A DNA stretch of 32,000 nt from Mycolicibacterium smegmatis (GCF_001457595.1 NZ_LN831039.1:120001-152000), one strand, 5' to 3'; positions 8,124-18,559 are shown, counted from the first letter of the stretch. Program-made: numbers and translations. Notes: generated from the sequence alone by a model not told the origin.

Positions 8124-9098
8124 ATGCCGGCCATCACCGCAGACGCGTTGACTCTGCCCCGCATCGCGGCCCCGTCCGCGGCGGACACCGAACGCCCGGT
8201 CCGCTCCATCACCACCGGACCACGTGGTTACGAGGGCGAGGGATTCCCGGTTGTGCGCGCCTTCGCGGGTGTGAGCGCAGCCGACCTCGACCCGTTCGTC
8301 CACATGGACCAGATGGGTGAGGTCGAATACGAACCCGGCGAACCGCGGGGCACCGACTGGCACCCGCACCGCGGGTTCGAGACCGTCACCTACATGATCG
8401 ACGGCCGCTTCGCCCACCAGGATTCCCACGGTGGCGGCGGGCTGATCACCGACGGCGCGACCCAGTGGATGACGGCGGGCTCGGGAATCCTGCACATCGA
8501 GACCCCGCCCGCCGAACTCGTCGAGAGCGGCGGGGTGTTCCACGGCATCCAGCTGTGGGTGAACCTGCCACGCAAGGACAAGTTCGCCAGCCCCCGCTAC
8601 CAGGCGATCGAGGGTGGCCAGGTCAAGCTCCTGTCGAGCTCCGACGGCGGTGCGCTGGTGCGCATCATCGCCGGTGAGATCGGAGGCGAGCAGGGTCCGG
8701 GCAGCACCTACACGCCGATCACCATGGCACACAGCACCATCGAGCCCGGCGCGCAGTTGAACCTGCCGTGGAACCGTGACTTCAACGCGCTGGTGTACGT
8801 GCTGTCCGGCCGCGGCAGCGTCGGCCCGGTCGGACATCCGATCCGCCAGGGCCAGCTCGCGGTGTTCGGCCCGGGTGACCGGATCACGATCACCGCGGAC
8901 GCCTCGCAGGACTCGAACCGGCCCGCGTTGGAGGTTCTGTTGCTGGGGGGCAAGCCGATTCGTGAACCGGTCTTCCACTACGGCCCGTTCGTGATGAACT
9001 CGAAGTCGGAGTTGATCCAGGCCCTCGAGGACTACCAGGCAGGCAGGTTCGGGCAGATCCCGGCGAACGCGCTCATGCCGCACCGGCCGCTGGACTGA
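8124..9098 (+). CDS. Pirin-family protein (bicupin)
   Basis: Pirin N-terminal signature DWHPHRGFETVTYMIDG...QWMTAGSGILHIE, plus the C-terminal cupin. The ATG at 8124 has GGGAGG 5 nt upstream; the track start at 8121 is a TTG one codon earlier. Confidence 0.92.
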   Translation: MPAITADALTLPRIAAPSAADTERPVRSITTGPRGYEGEGFPVVRAFAGVSAADLDPFVHMDQMGEVEYEPGEPRGTDWHPHRGFETVTYMIDGRFAHQDSHGGGGLITDGATQWMTAGSGILHIETPPAELVESGGVFHGIQLWVNLPRKDKFASPRYQAIEGGQVKLLSSSDGGALVRIIAGEIGGEQGPGSTYTPITMAHSTIEPGAQLNLPWNRDFNALVYVLSGRGSVGPVGHPIRQGQLAVFGPGDRITITADASQDSNRPALEVLLLGGKPIREPVFHYGPFVMNSKSELIQALEDYQAGRFGQIPANALMPHRPLD

Positions 9099-9137
9099 CC
9101 GTCACGGCGCGGCGATCGATCGCGAACGGTCGCGGCG

Positions 9138-11285
9138 TCAGTGCACCGACTCGACGGGCTGCGGGTACAGCAACTCCAGCTCGCCGATGTGCGCCGCGAC
9201 CGTGACCAGGGGTAGCGCGGCCGACACCGCGAGGTCGCCACCCGTGGCCTCCGCGCGCAGCGCCAGCACGAAGGTCTCGCCGATCGGCACGAACACCGAC
9301 GTCGTGTCCTCACCGGTCAACCGCGCGCAGATGATCCGCGCGTGCGCCTCGATCGTTTTGCGGGTCTCCTGGTAGGCCTCCAGCGGCGGGGGTACGACGT
9401 CGGCGATCAGTTCGGCGGCCGCGCGCACGCGGATCGCCCTCGTGGCCGACCGCACGATCGGGGCGCGTTGATCAGACGGGCCGCCGCTTTCCGAAAGATA
9501 GTGGCGGACAGTGTCATCCAGGGTGCGGGAGGCCTCCAGGGCAGAATGGCTCAGCGCGATCACCCGGTCGGTGGCCTCCTCGGAGGCCCCGCGGGTGACA
9601 CGCAGAACAGCGGCCTCCAGCAGCTCCGCGCCTGCGGCGCGGGCCGCGTCGATCGCCTTGGTCACCGAGGCCCTGGCACCACGCGGCCACAGCAGGATCG
9701 ACACCACGATGCCGACGAGCGCGCCGACCACCACGTCCTCGATGCGGATCAACCCGACCTGCCAGCCGGTGGGGGCGATGAGGTTGAAGTTGATCAGCAC
9801 CATCATGGTGAACGCGGCCTGGCCGGCGATGAACGACGCGACCTCGGGTACGTAGGCCGATCCGAAGGCCACGATCGGCAGCAGGATCCACAGCACGACC
9901 GGTTGCACGCCGACGAGTTCGATGAGCACCGCGCCGATGACGAAACCGAGGGCGGTGCCCGCGACGGCGCGCACCACGCGCGTCCCCGTCGTGAGTGCGC
10001 TGCTGCGCAACACCGACATCGCGCCGAGCACCACCCAGAATCCGTGCTCGACCGGGAACACGTGGGTGACGGCGACCGCGAGCGCCAGGCCCAGACCCGT
10101 CCGCAGGCTGTTGCGCAGCACCACCGCGCGCGTCGACAGGAAGCCCTTGGCGATCTCGGCCACTGCGGTGGTCTCGGGCATGATCCAGTCGGCCGAACCG
10201 GTCTCGGGGAGCCGGCGGCCCAGCACGCGCGCCCACACCGGGCGTGCGTCGGCCAGGGCCGCGTTGCGGATCACCCGCCCGGTCACGGCGACGGTGGCCG
10301 CGATGGTGCGGCGCACCAGCAGTGCCTTGCCCACTTCGACGGCGTCGGCGTCGTCGGGGGTGCCCAGGATCGCGGCGATGTCCTCGCGGTACGTGCCCTG
10401 CGATACGGTGCGCAGTTCTTCCAGTGCGGCACGCAGGTCGGCGCTGCGCTCGGCACGTCTCGCCGGATCATGGATCCGCAGCAGCGCGGCGCTGTCGCGC
10501 AGCACGCGCACCACGGGATCGCGCATCTCCCCAAGGATCTCGCCCGTCGAATCGGTGACCCGGTCCGATATCCATCCGAGGTCGTCGACGACGCGCACGA
10601 GTGCGCGACTGCCCGCGGTCAACGCCACCGGACGGTAATCGGCGCCGAGGAAACTCTCGTACAACTCGTTCATGGCGCGGTTGACGTCGCGCGCCGAGGC
10701 GCTTCCCTCCAGCCGGTAGGCAAGCACGCGGCACACCCGGGCGGCGGTGCGGCGTAATTCGTCGTGGTGACGTGGCGGGAAGAGGAACAGCGCGGCGGGC
10801 ACGCAGACCACCAGGGCGATCACCCAGCCCAACAGCCGATCGGCGATCGGACCCACCGGGGTACACAGCGGAAGCACGAACAGCAGCAGGGTCGCCCGCT
10901 GCCCGGCCGCGACGACCTCGGACAGCACGCCCGAGAACGACACCACCACGCCGATGACGAACATCGACACCACGCTCAACCAGACGTGCGGGGCGATGAG
11001 GGTGCCCAGCACGATCAGCACGGCGCCGTTGAACGCCAGGCCCGCGAACGCCAGGGCGCGCGCCGGGCGGTTACCCGGGAAATCGGCCGTGATCAGCAGT
11101 GACACCGCGCCGAAGATGCTGAACAGCGGGGTCTGCGAGCCGCCGCCCACGGCGAAGCCGATCGCCGCGGCGATCGGGAGCACCACACCGGCGCGTGCCG
11201 CGCGGCGCAGCGCGTCGTACTCGGGATCGCGCTCACGGAGCCGCTCTGCTGCCCGTCGCCAGAGCTTGGCCGGGGTCAGCAGCAT
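9138..11285 (-). CDS. FUSC/ArAE-type integral membrane protein (fusaric-acid-resistance-like, YccS/YhfK-like)
   Basis: 715 aa. Two polytopic hydrophobic blocks are separated and followed by helical soluble regions, an architecture typical of FUSC-family proteins. Coding is certain; the family call rests on pattern recognition only. Confidence 0.8.
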   Translation of the reverse strand: MLLTPAKLWRRAAERLRERDPEYDALRRAARAGVVLPIAAAIGFAVGGGSQTPLFSIFGAVSLLITADFPGNRPARALAFAGLAFNGAVLIVLGTLIAPHVWLSVVSMFVIGVVVSFSGVLSEVVAAGQRATLLLFVLPLCTPVGPIADRLLGWVIALVVCVPAALFLFPPRHHDELRRTAARVCRVLAYRLEGSASARDVNRAMNELYESFLGADYRPVALTAGSRALVRVVDDLGWISDRVTDSTGEILGEMRDPVVRVLRDSAALLRIHDPARRAERSADLRAALEELRTVSQGTYREDIAAILGTPDDADAVEVGKALLVRRTIAATVAVTGRVIRNAALADARPVWARVLGRRLPETGSADWIMPETTAVAEIAKGFLSTRAVVLRNSLRTGLGLALAVAVTHVFPVEHGFWVVLGAMSVLRSSALTTGTRVVRAVAGTALGFVIGAVLIELVGVQPVVLWILLPIVAFGSAYVPEVASFIAGQAAFTMMVLINFNLIAPTGWQVGLIRIEDVVVGALVGIVVSILLWPRGARASVTKAIDAARAAGAELLEAAVLRVTRGASEEATDRVIALSHSALEASRTLDDTVRHYLSESGGPSDQRAPIVRSATRAIRVRAAAELIADVVPPPLEAYQETRKTIEAHARIICARLTGEDTTSVFVPIGETFVLALRAEATGGDLAVSAALPLVTVAAHIGELELLYPQPVESVH

Positions 11286-11290
11286 GAAGT

Positions 11291-11875
11291 TCAGTTAAGC
11301 GTATTTCCGTGGGTCGGATCGGATGACGGGGCGAACCGGCCTGTCGACAGCGCGTCGCGCAGCTGGAACGCGATCCAGCCGAGGGCGTCGCCGTCGCGGG
11401 GCAGGGTGCTCTGCTCGTACCCCACGATCACGTACACACCCCACGCCGCGAAATACCCGGCGTTGCGGTCGTCGCCGATGATCTCGCGGGCCGCCTCGAA
11501 CAGGATGTCGTAGCGCAGTTGGTCCACCACGGACTGGACGGTGTACACGTCGGGGTCCAGTGAACTCCACACCCGGATCGCGGCCTCGGCGCCGTGCGGC
11601 AGGGCCAGTGCTTCCCGGATGAGTGTTTCGACGCGTCGGTGCGGATCGGGATCGGCGCGCACGGCCTCGACCACGCGCAGGGTGCGGGCCTCCCGCCAGT
11701 GCTCGATGAGCTCCCTGGTGTATGCCGACCAGTTGGGGAAGTAGTGGTAGAACGATCCGGTTGTGACGCCCAGTCGGTTGCATACTTCGGCCAATTTGAG
11801 ACCGCCGTAGCCCAGATCGGACAACACGTCCATACCGGTGTCGAAGTACGACTCCCGCGAAACGACGCTTGCCAT
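11291..11875 (-). CDS. TetR-family transcriptional regulator
   Basis: Internal ATG (aa 65 of the 11291..12067 ORF): MASVVSRESYFDTGMDVLSDLGYGGLKLAEVCNRLGVTTGSFYHYFPNW, a TetR_N HTH domain; 194 aa. The stop lies 5 nt upstream of the FUSC gene start. Confidence 0.88.
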   Translation of the reverse strand: MASVVSRESYFDTGMDVLSDLGYGGLKLAEVCNRLGVTTGSFYHYFPNWSAYTRELIEHWREARTLRVVEAVRADPDPHRRVETLIREALALPHGAEAAIRVWSSLDPDVYTVQSVVDQLRYDILFEAAREIIGDDRNAGYFAAWGVYVIVGYEQSTLPRDGDALGWIAFQLRDALSTGRFAPSSDPTHGNTLN

Positions 11876-11996
11876 CGATGTCACCCTAGTTCGTTCGTCA
11901 ACCCGGCAGGAACTCAATTTGCTGGGAAAATGCTGGTCTACGCAGGGCATTGATCTTCTGTATTGGGCATCCGGTGACGTGTGGCACAATTTGACC

Positions 11997-12632
11997 GTGG
12001 CGCATATCGCTAGTCGAGGACCAGGGAGACCGCCGGCAGCTAAGGCGGCGGAGACGCGTGAACGCATATTGAGTGCAGCTCGTGAGGTGTTCAGCGAACT
12101 CGGCTACGATGCTGCGACCTTCCAGGCGATCGCCATCCGGGCCGATCTGACCAGGCCCGCCATCAACCACTATTTCGGTAGTAAGCGGGTGTTGTACCGC
12201 GAGGTTGTCGAACAGACCAACGCGACCGTGATTGCGGCAGGTGTGGCGCGTGCGCGTGAGGCCACTTCATTGCTGGGACGCTTGTCCGCATTCTTTGCTG
12301 CGGCCATGGACGCGGAATCGGCCGACCGCTCATCCGCGGCATTTTTGGTGACGTCTGTTCTGGAATCGCAACGACATCCGGATCTCGTGTCAGAAGAGCA
12401 GGACGCACTGCTGAATTCGCGCAAATTCGTCGCTTGGGCAGTCAATGACGCCATCGAACGCGGTGAGTTGACGACGGATACCGATATCCCGGCCATCGTG
12501 GAGATGCTCGTGGCGGTGATGTGGGGAATGGGCTTCTACGCGGGCTATGTGGGCCGCTCGGAGGAGCTCGCAGCAATCGTCGACAAGTTCGAAATGCTGA
12601 TGGCGAACAAGCTCTGGCAACTTCGCGACTGA
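11997..12632 (+). CDS. TetR-family transcriptional regulator (Rv0144-like position)
   Basis: RERILSAAREVFSELGYDAATFQAIAIRADLTRPAINHYFGSKRVLY is a TetR_N HTH domain. Likely GTG start at 11997 (TTG at 11991 is possible), 7 nt after CACAAT, so possibly leaderless. The track start at 11838 would overlap the divergent TetR gene. Confidence 0.85.
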   Translation: MAHIASRGPGRPPAAKAAETRERILSAAREVFSELGYDAATFQAIAIRADLTRPAINHYFGSKRVLYREVVEQTNATVIAAGVARAREATSLLGRLSAFFAAAMDAESADRSSAAFLVTSVLESQRHPDLVSEEQDALLNSRKFVAWAVNDAIERGELTTDTDIPAIVEMLVAVMWGMGFYAGYVGRSEELAAIVDKFEMLMANKLWQLRD

Positions 12633-12675
12633 CGCGTGAGGTTCCCCACAGCCGGTCCGGCCGTGTGAGAAATTT

Positions 12676-12692
12676 AGCTAGACTGTCTAGCT
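12676..12692. promoter_or_regulatory. Perfect 17-bp palindrome, a candidate TetR operator overlapping the methyltransferase promoter and start
   Basis: AGCTAGAC-T-GTCTAGCT has perfect 8-bp arms and ends 1 nt before the ATG at 12694. TAGACT (12679-12684) inside it fits a TANNNT -10 element. No room is left for a Shine-Dalgarno. Confidence 0.5.
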
Positions 12693-12693
12693 G

Positions 12694-14748
<2,055 letters not shown>

Positions 14749-14764
14749 CTCAGCGTTCCTTTTC

Positions 14765-14794
14765 TTGAACCATTCCATTTCTTGACTGGTTCAA
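14765..14794. promoter_or_regulatory. Inverted repeat TTGAACCA-N14-TGGTTCAA upstream of, or overlapping, the small ORF start
   Basis: Perfect 8-bp arms at 14765-14772 and 14787-14794 in the AT-richer divergent region between the small ORF and the SDR gene. Each arm contains a -35-like TTGAAC hexamer. Confidence 0.3.
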
Positions 14795-14904
14795 CTTAAC
14801 GAAGGCTACCCTCATTCCGGAAATCGCGCCGATCAGCGTGTGATCCACGACTCCTGGGCGATTGCCGACCCGGATGACCGGCGTTCGCCGCGTCGCCGTA
14901 TACA

Positions 14905-14927
14905 GAAGGGGACGTCAGACCCCCTTC
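14905..14927 (+). promoter_or_regulatory. Stem-loop in the SDR gene leader, just upstream of its Shine-Dalgarno
   Basis: GAAGGGG-acgtcagac-CCCCTTC is a 7-bp stem with a 9-nt loop. It ends 2-3 nt before GAGAGGAA and the ATG at 14943. Confidence 0.2.
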
Positions 14928-14942
14928 AAGAGAGGAACACCC

Positions 14943-15809
14943 ATGCCAGGAGTGCAGGACCGCGTCGTCGTCGTCACCGGAGCCGGTGGAGGCCTGGGCC
15001 GTGAATACGCACTGACCCTCGCGCGCGGAGGCGCGAGCGTGGTCGTCAACGACCTGGGTGGCGCTCGTGACGGCACCGGATCCGGTTCGGCCATGGCCGA
15101 TCAGGTGGTCGCCGAGATCAAGGAGGCCGGCGGGCGTGCGGTCGCCAACTACGACAGCGTCGCCGAGTCCGAGGGCGCCGAGAACATCATCAAGACCGCG
15201 ATCGACGAGTTCGACAAGATCGACGGCGTCGTGAGCAACGCGGGCATCCTGCGCGACGGCACGTTCCACAAGATGACCTACGACAACTGGGACGCCGTAC
15301 TCAAGGTGCACCTCTACGGCGGCTACAACGTCATCCGCGCCGCATGGCCCCACTTCCGCGAGCAGAGCTTCGGCCGCGTCGTCGTCGCGACGTCCACCAG
15401 CGGCCTGTTCGGCAACTTCGGTCAGGCCAACTACGGTGCCGCCAAGCTGGGTCTGGTGGGTCTGATCAACACGCTGGCCCAGGAGGGCGCCAAGTACAAC
15501 ATCAAGACCAACGCCATCGCCCCCATCGCGGCGACCCGCATGACACAGGACATCCTGCCGCCCGAGGTCTTCGAGAAGCTCACGCCCGAGTACGTCGCCC
15601 CGGTGGTCGCCTACCTGATGACCGAGGAACTCGAAGACACCGACTCGGTGTTCATCGTCGGCGGCGGCAAGATCCAACGCACCGCGCTGTTCCAGAACGA
15701 GGGCGTCACGTTCTCCGACGGCGTGCCGACGGTCGACGACATCGCCGCCAAGTGGAACGAGATCACCGACCTCTCGGCCGCCCAGCTGGCCAGCTTCAAG
15801 CTGGGATAG
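14943..15809 (+). CDS. Short-chain dehydrogenase/reductase, MFE-2/HSD17B4-like (Rv0148-like)
   Basis: Internal ATG (aa 28 of the track ORF) with a GAGAGGAA Shine-Dalgarno. VVVVTGAGGGLG Rossmann motif, NAGILRD, catalytic YGAAK; 288 aa. Confidence 0.92.
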   Translation: MPGVQDRVVVVTGAGGGLGREYALTLARGGASVVVNDLGGARDGTGSGSAMADQVVAEIKEAGGRAVANYDSVAESEGAENIIKTAIDEFDKIDGVVSNAGILRDGTFHKMTYDNWDAVLKVHLYGGYNVIRAAWPHFREQSFGRVVVATSTSGLFGNFGQANYGAAKLGLVGLINTLAQEGAKYNIKTNAIAPIAATRMTQDILPPEVFEKLTPEYVAPVVAYLMTEELEDTDSVFIVGGGKIQRTALFQNEGVTFSDGVPTVDDIAAKWNEITDLSAAQLASFKLG

Positions 15810-15812
15810 CAG

Positions 15813-16778
15813 TTGAAAGCGCTTGTAGCACGAGCTCTCACCGGTACATCCGGGCTGGCGTACGCCGACGTCGACGAACCCGTGTCAGGTGATGCGGTCA
15901 TCATCGACGTCGGCGCCGCCGGCGTCTGCTTCCCCGACCTGCTGCTGTTGCGCGGCGAGTACCAGATGAGGCTGGACCCGCCGTTCATCCCCGGCATGGA
16001 GGTGGCCGGAACCGTGCGGTCGGCGCCCGAGAGCTCGGGTTTCGCCCCGGGCCAACGGGTTTCGGCCTTCACGATGATCGGCGGGTACGCCGAGCAGGTG
16101 GCCGCGTTGCCCGACAACGTGATTCCCACACCCGAGGACCTCGACGACGCGTCGGCGGCCGCGCTGCTGGGCAACTACTACACCATGCAGTTCGCACTCG
16201 CGCGTCGCGGCGCACTGGTGCCGGGCGAGACCGTGCTGGTGCTGGGCTCGGCGGGCGGCATCGGCACCGCGTCGATCCAATTGGCCAAGGCGCACGGCGC
16301 CAGGGTGATCGCGATGGTGCACCGCGCGGGTGCCGAGGACTTCGTGTCGGGGCTGGGCGCCGACGTGGTGCTGCCGCTCACCGACGGGTGGCGCGATGCG
16401 GTGCTCGCCGCGACCGACGGCCGCGGCGTGGACCTCGTCGTCGACCCGATCGGCGGGCCGGCGTTCGACGACGCCGTGCGCGTGCTCGCCCCCGAGGGGC
16501 GGCTGCTGGTGATCGGGTTCGCCGCGGGCGCGGGCATCCCCACCGTCAAGGTCAACCGGCTGCTGCTGCGCAACGTCAGCGTCGTCGGCGTCGGCTGGGG
16601 CGAGTTCGTGCGCCGCAACCCCGGCGCGCAGGCCGCCGTCGGTGCCGAGCTCGGCAAACTGGTGGCCGAGGGGCTGCGGCCACCCCCACCGGTGCGCTAC
16701 CGGTTGGCCGACGGCGCGGCCGCGTTCGACGCCATGGCCGCGGGCGAGGTTCGCGGGAAGCTGGTGCTGGAGCCTTAG
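15813..16778 (+). CDS. NADPH:quinone oxidoreductase / zinc-type alcohol dehydrogenase superfamily (MDR, Rv0149-like)
   Basis: 321 aa. MKALVA...GVCFPDLLLLRGEYQ...PFIPGMEVAGTV...VLVLGSAGGIGTASIQLAKAHGARVIA is zeta-crystallin-like. TTG start 3 nt after the SDR stop. Confidence 0.9.
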   Translation: MKALVARALTGTSGLAYADVDEPVSGDAVIIDVGAAGVCFPDLLLLRGEYQMRLDPPFIPGMEVAGTVRSAPESSGFAPGQRVSAFTMIGGYAEQVAALPDNVIPTPEDLDDASAAALLGNYYTMQFALARRGALVPGETVLVLGSAGGIGTASIQLAKAHGARVIAMVHRAGAEDFVSGLGADVVLPLTDGWRDAVLAATDGRGVDLVVDPIGGPAFDDAVRVLAPEGRLLVIGFAAGAGIPTVKVNRLLLRNVSVVGVGWGEFVRRNPGAQAAVGAELGKLVAEGLRPPPPVRYRLADGAAAFDAMAAGEVRGKLVLEP

Positions 16779-16798
16779 CCGGTGCGTAGCGTGGAGCC

Positions 16799-17512
16799 GT
16801 GGACACGGCGCTGCGCAGGGCCATGGATCTGCTCATCGATCCACCGGCCGAACCAGATTTCAGCAAGGGCTATCTCGACCTTCTCGGGCGCGGTGACAGC
16901 ACCCCGCCCAAGAACACGGGACTGATCCAGAAAGCCTGGGCATCCCCGCTGGGGTCCAAGCTCTACGACCGTGCCCAGTTGCTCAACCGCAGGCTCGTCG
17001 CCTCGACGCGACCGCCCGTCGAGTGGCTGCGCATCCCGCCGGGCGGCACGGTCCTGGACATCGGGTGCGGGCCGGGCAACATCACGGCCCAGCTCGCGCG
17101 CGCCGCGGGCCTGGACGGGCTGGCGCTCGGCGTCGACATCTCCGAGCCCATGCTGGCCCGCGCGGCGGCGGCCGAGGCGGGCCGCCAGGTCGGCTTCGTG
17201 CGCGCCGACGCGCAGCAACTGCCGTTCCGCGACGAGGTGTTCGACGCGGCGACCTCGCTGGCGGTGTTCCAGCTGATCCCCGATCCCGTTGCGGCCGTGT
17301 CGGAGATCGTGCGCGTGCTCAGGCCCGGCGGACGCGTCGCGATCATGGTGCCCACGGCCGGAGCGGTGAAACCGGTGACGTTCCTCGCGCGTGGCGGGGC
17401 CCGCATATTCGGCGACGACGAGCTGGGCGACATCTTCGAGAACGTGGGTCTGGTCGGGGTGCGGGTCAAGACCCACGGCTTCATCCAGTGGGTGCGCGGG
17501 ACCAAACTGTGA
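16799..17512 (+). CDS. Class I SAM-dependent methyltransferase (Methyltransf_11 / UbiE-like fold)
   Basis: Motif I VLDIGCGPGNITAQLA, then DISEPMLARA, FDAATSLAVFQLIPDP and LRPGGRVAIMV. GTG start 20 nt after the QOR stop; an alternative ATG lies 8 codons downstream. Confidence 0.88.
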   Translation: MDTALRRAMDLLIDPPAEPDFSKGYLDLLGRGDSTPPKNTGLIQKAWASPLGSKLYDRAQLLNRRLVASTRPPVEWLRIPPGGTVLDIGCGPGNITAQLARAAGLDGLALGVDISEPMLARAAAAEAGRQVGFVRADAQQLPFRDEVFDAATSLAVFQLIPDPVAAVSEIVRVLRPGGRVAIMVPTAGAVKPVTFLARGGARIFGDDELGDIFENVGLVGVRVKTHGFIQWVRGTKL

Positions 17513-17522
17513 GCGCCATCCA

Positions 17523-18008
17523 GTGAGCACTGTCGGAATCGTCCTGGTCGCGCTCGCGATCGCCGTCGGCCTCATCGGCATCGTCGTGCCCATCCTGCCC
17601 GGCGGTCTGCTGGTGTTCGGCGCGATCGCGGTGTGGGCCATCGTCGAGCGCACCGCGGCGGCGTGGGTGGTGCTGGGCGTCGCGGCAGCGGTGTTCGTCG
17701 CCGCCGAGGTCGTCAAGTACCTGTGGCCGGTGCGGCGCATGCGGGCCGCCGAGGTCGGCACGTGGAGCCTGGTGGCCGGTGGTGTCCTCGGCGTGATCGG
17801 GTTCTTCGTCATTCCCGTCATCGGGCTCGTCATCGGCTTCGTGGCCGGCGTCTATCTCGCGGAACTCGCTGCGCGCCATGAGCACCGGCGCGCCTGGGTC
17901 TCCACCGTCCATGCGCTCAAAGGTGTCGCGCTGTCGGTGGGCGTCGAGCTCACGGGCGCGTTGTTGGCTACCATCGCGTGGGTGGTCGGGGTGGTGGTCA
18001 CGAATTGA
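17523..18008 (+). CDS. DUF456-like small integral membrane protein
   Basis: GTG at 17523 (aa 45 of the 17391..18008 ORF), 10 nt after the methyltransferase stop. 161 aa with four hydrophobic segments and a VPILPGGLLVFGA motif reminiscent of DUF456. Confidence 0.7.
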   Translation: MSTVGIVLVALAIAVGLIGIVVPILPGGLLVFGAIAVWAIVERTAAAWVVLGVAAAVFVAAEVVKYLWPVRRMRAAEVGTWSLVAGGVLGVIGFFVIPVIGLVIGFVAGVYLAELAARHEHRRAWVSTVHALKGVALSVGVELTGALLATIAWVVGVVVTN

Positions 18009-18559
18009 ACGACAACGCGGCATGGACGCTCTCGGCGTCCGACGGTGAACTGCTGCTGCACACCGGTGTCACCGGGACAGCAGCACGTGTGGGACATCGG
18101 CTGACGATCGCGATGCGGTCGTGGGAGGCGACGGTGTTCTGGGAGGGCGACGGCGCGGGCGCCGAGCCCGTCAAGGCCGAGCTCACCATCGACATCGACT
18201 CGCTCGAGGTCGTGGGCAGCGAGGGCGGCATGACGCCGCTGTCGGGTGCGGAGAAGACGCTGATACGCAACAACGCGCTCAAGCTGCTGCGTGCACGGCG
18301 CTTCCCACAGGCCCGGTTCGTCAGCTCCGACATCGAGCGCGACGGCGACATCGTGCGCATGCACGGCGCCTTCGAGCTGTTCGGAAAGGTCCGCGACCAC
18401 GTGCTGGAGGTCCGTATCGACGACGGCGTGATCTCAGGGCAGTCCGTGGTGCGGCACAGTGACTACGGCATCAAGCAGTACTCGATGCTGATCGGCGCCA
18501 TGAAGGTGGCCGACGACGTGCGGGTCACGTTCACCGCAACGCATCGCGCAGCGCGGTGA
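18005..18559 (+). CDS. YceI-like domain protein (polyisoprenoid/lipid-binding beta-barrel family)
   Basis: WTLSASDGELLLHTGV...HRLTI...IDIDSLEV...LLRARRFPQARFVSSDI...GAFELFGKVRD...SDYGIKQYSMLIGAMKVADDVRVTF fits the YceI pattern. The TTG at 18005 overlaps the DUF456 TGA; the GTG at 17978 is an alternative start. Confidence 0.65.
   Translation: MNDNAAWTLSASDGELLLHTGVTGTAARVGHRLTIAMRSWEATVFWEGDGAGAEPVKAELTIDIDSLEVVGSEGGMTPLSGAEKTLIRNNALKLLRARRFPQARFVSSDIERDGDIVRMHGAFELFGKVRDHVLEVRIDDGVISGQSVVRHSDYGIKQYSMLIGAMKVADDVRVTFTATHRAAR

Noticed and set aside
8085-9083. 332-aa minus-strand ORF
   Set aside because: It is antisense to the pirin gene, whose HPHRGFETVTY signature is unambiguous.
9112-9123. 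Perfect 12-bp palindrome GCGATCGATCGC between the convergent pirin and FUSC genes, considered as a bidirectional terminator
   Set aside because: As RNA it gives only a 4-bp stem with a 4-nt loop, and the flanks do not extend the pairing. It is more likely a chance palindrome of two overlapping CGATCG sites.
11876-12067. N-terminal extension of TetR-1 (track start 12067), and likewise the track start 11838 for TetR-2
   Set aside because: The two extensions would overlap each other across the divergent promoter. The TetR HTH domains begin right after the internal starts (ATG 11875, GTG 11997), giving normal TetR lengths of 194 and 211 aa.
14779-14942. Possible riboswitch or sRNA in the intergenic region of about 190 bp upstream of the SDR gene (nested stems around 14820-14875)
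   Set aside because: I could not match it to any riboswitch class I know. The stems are short and of the kind expected by chance in GC-rich sequence. Only the discrete inverted repeats were kept, as low-confidence features.
16775-17833. 352-aa minus-strand ORF
   Set aside because: It is antisense to the class I methyltransferase and the DUF456 gene, and no motif was recognised.
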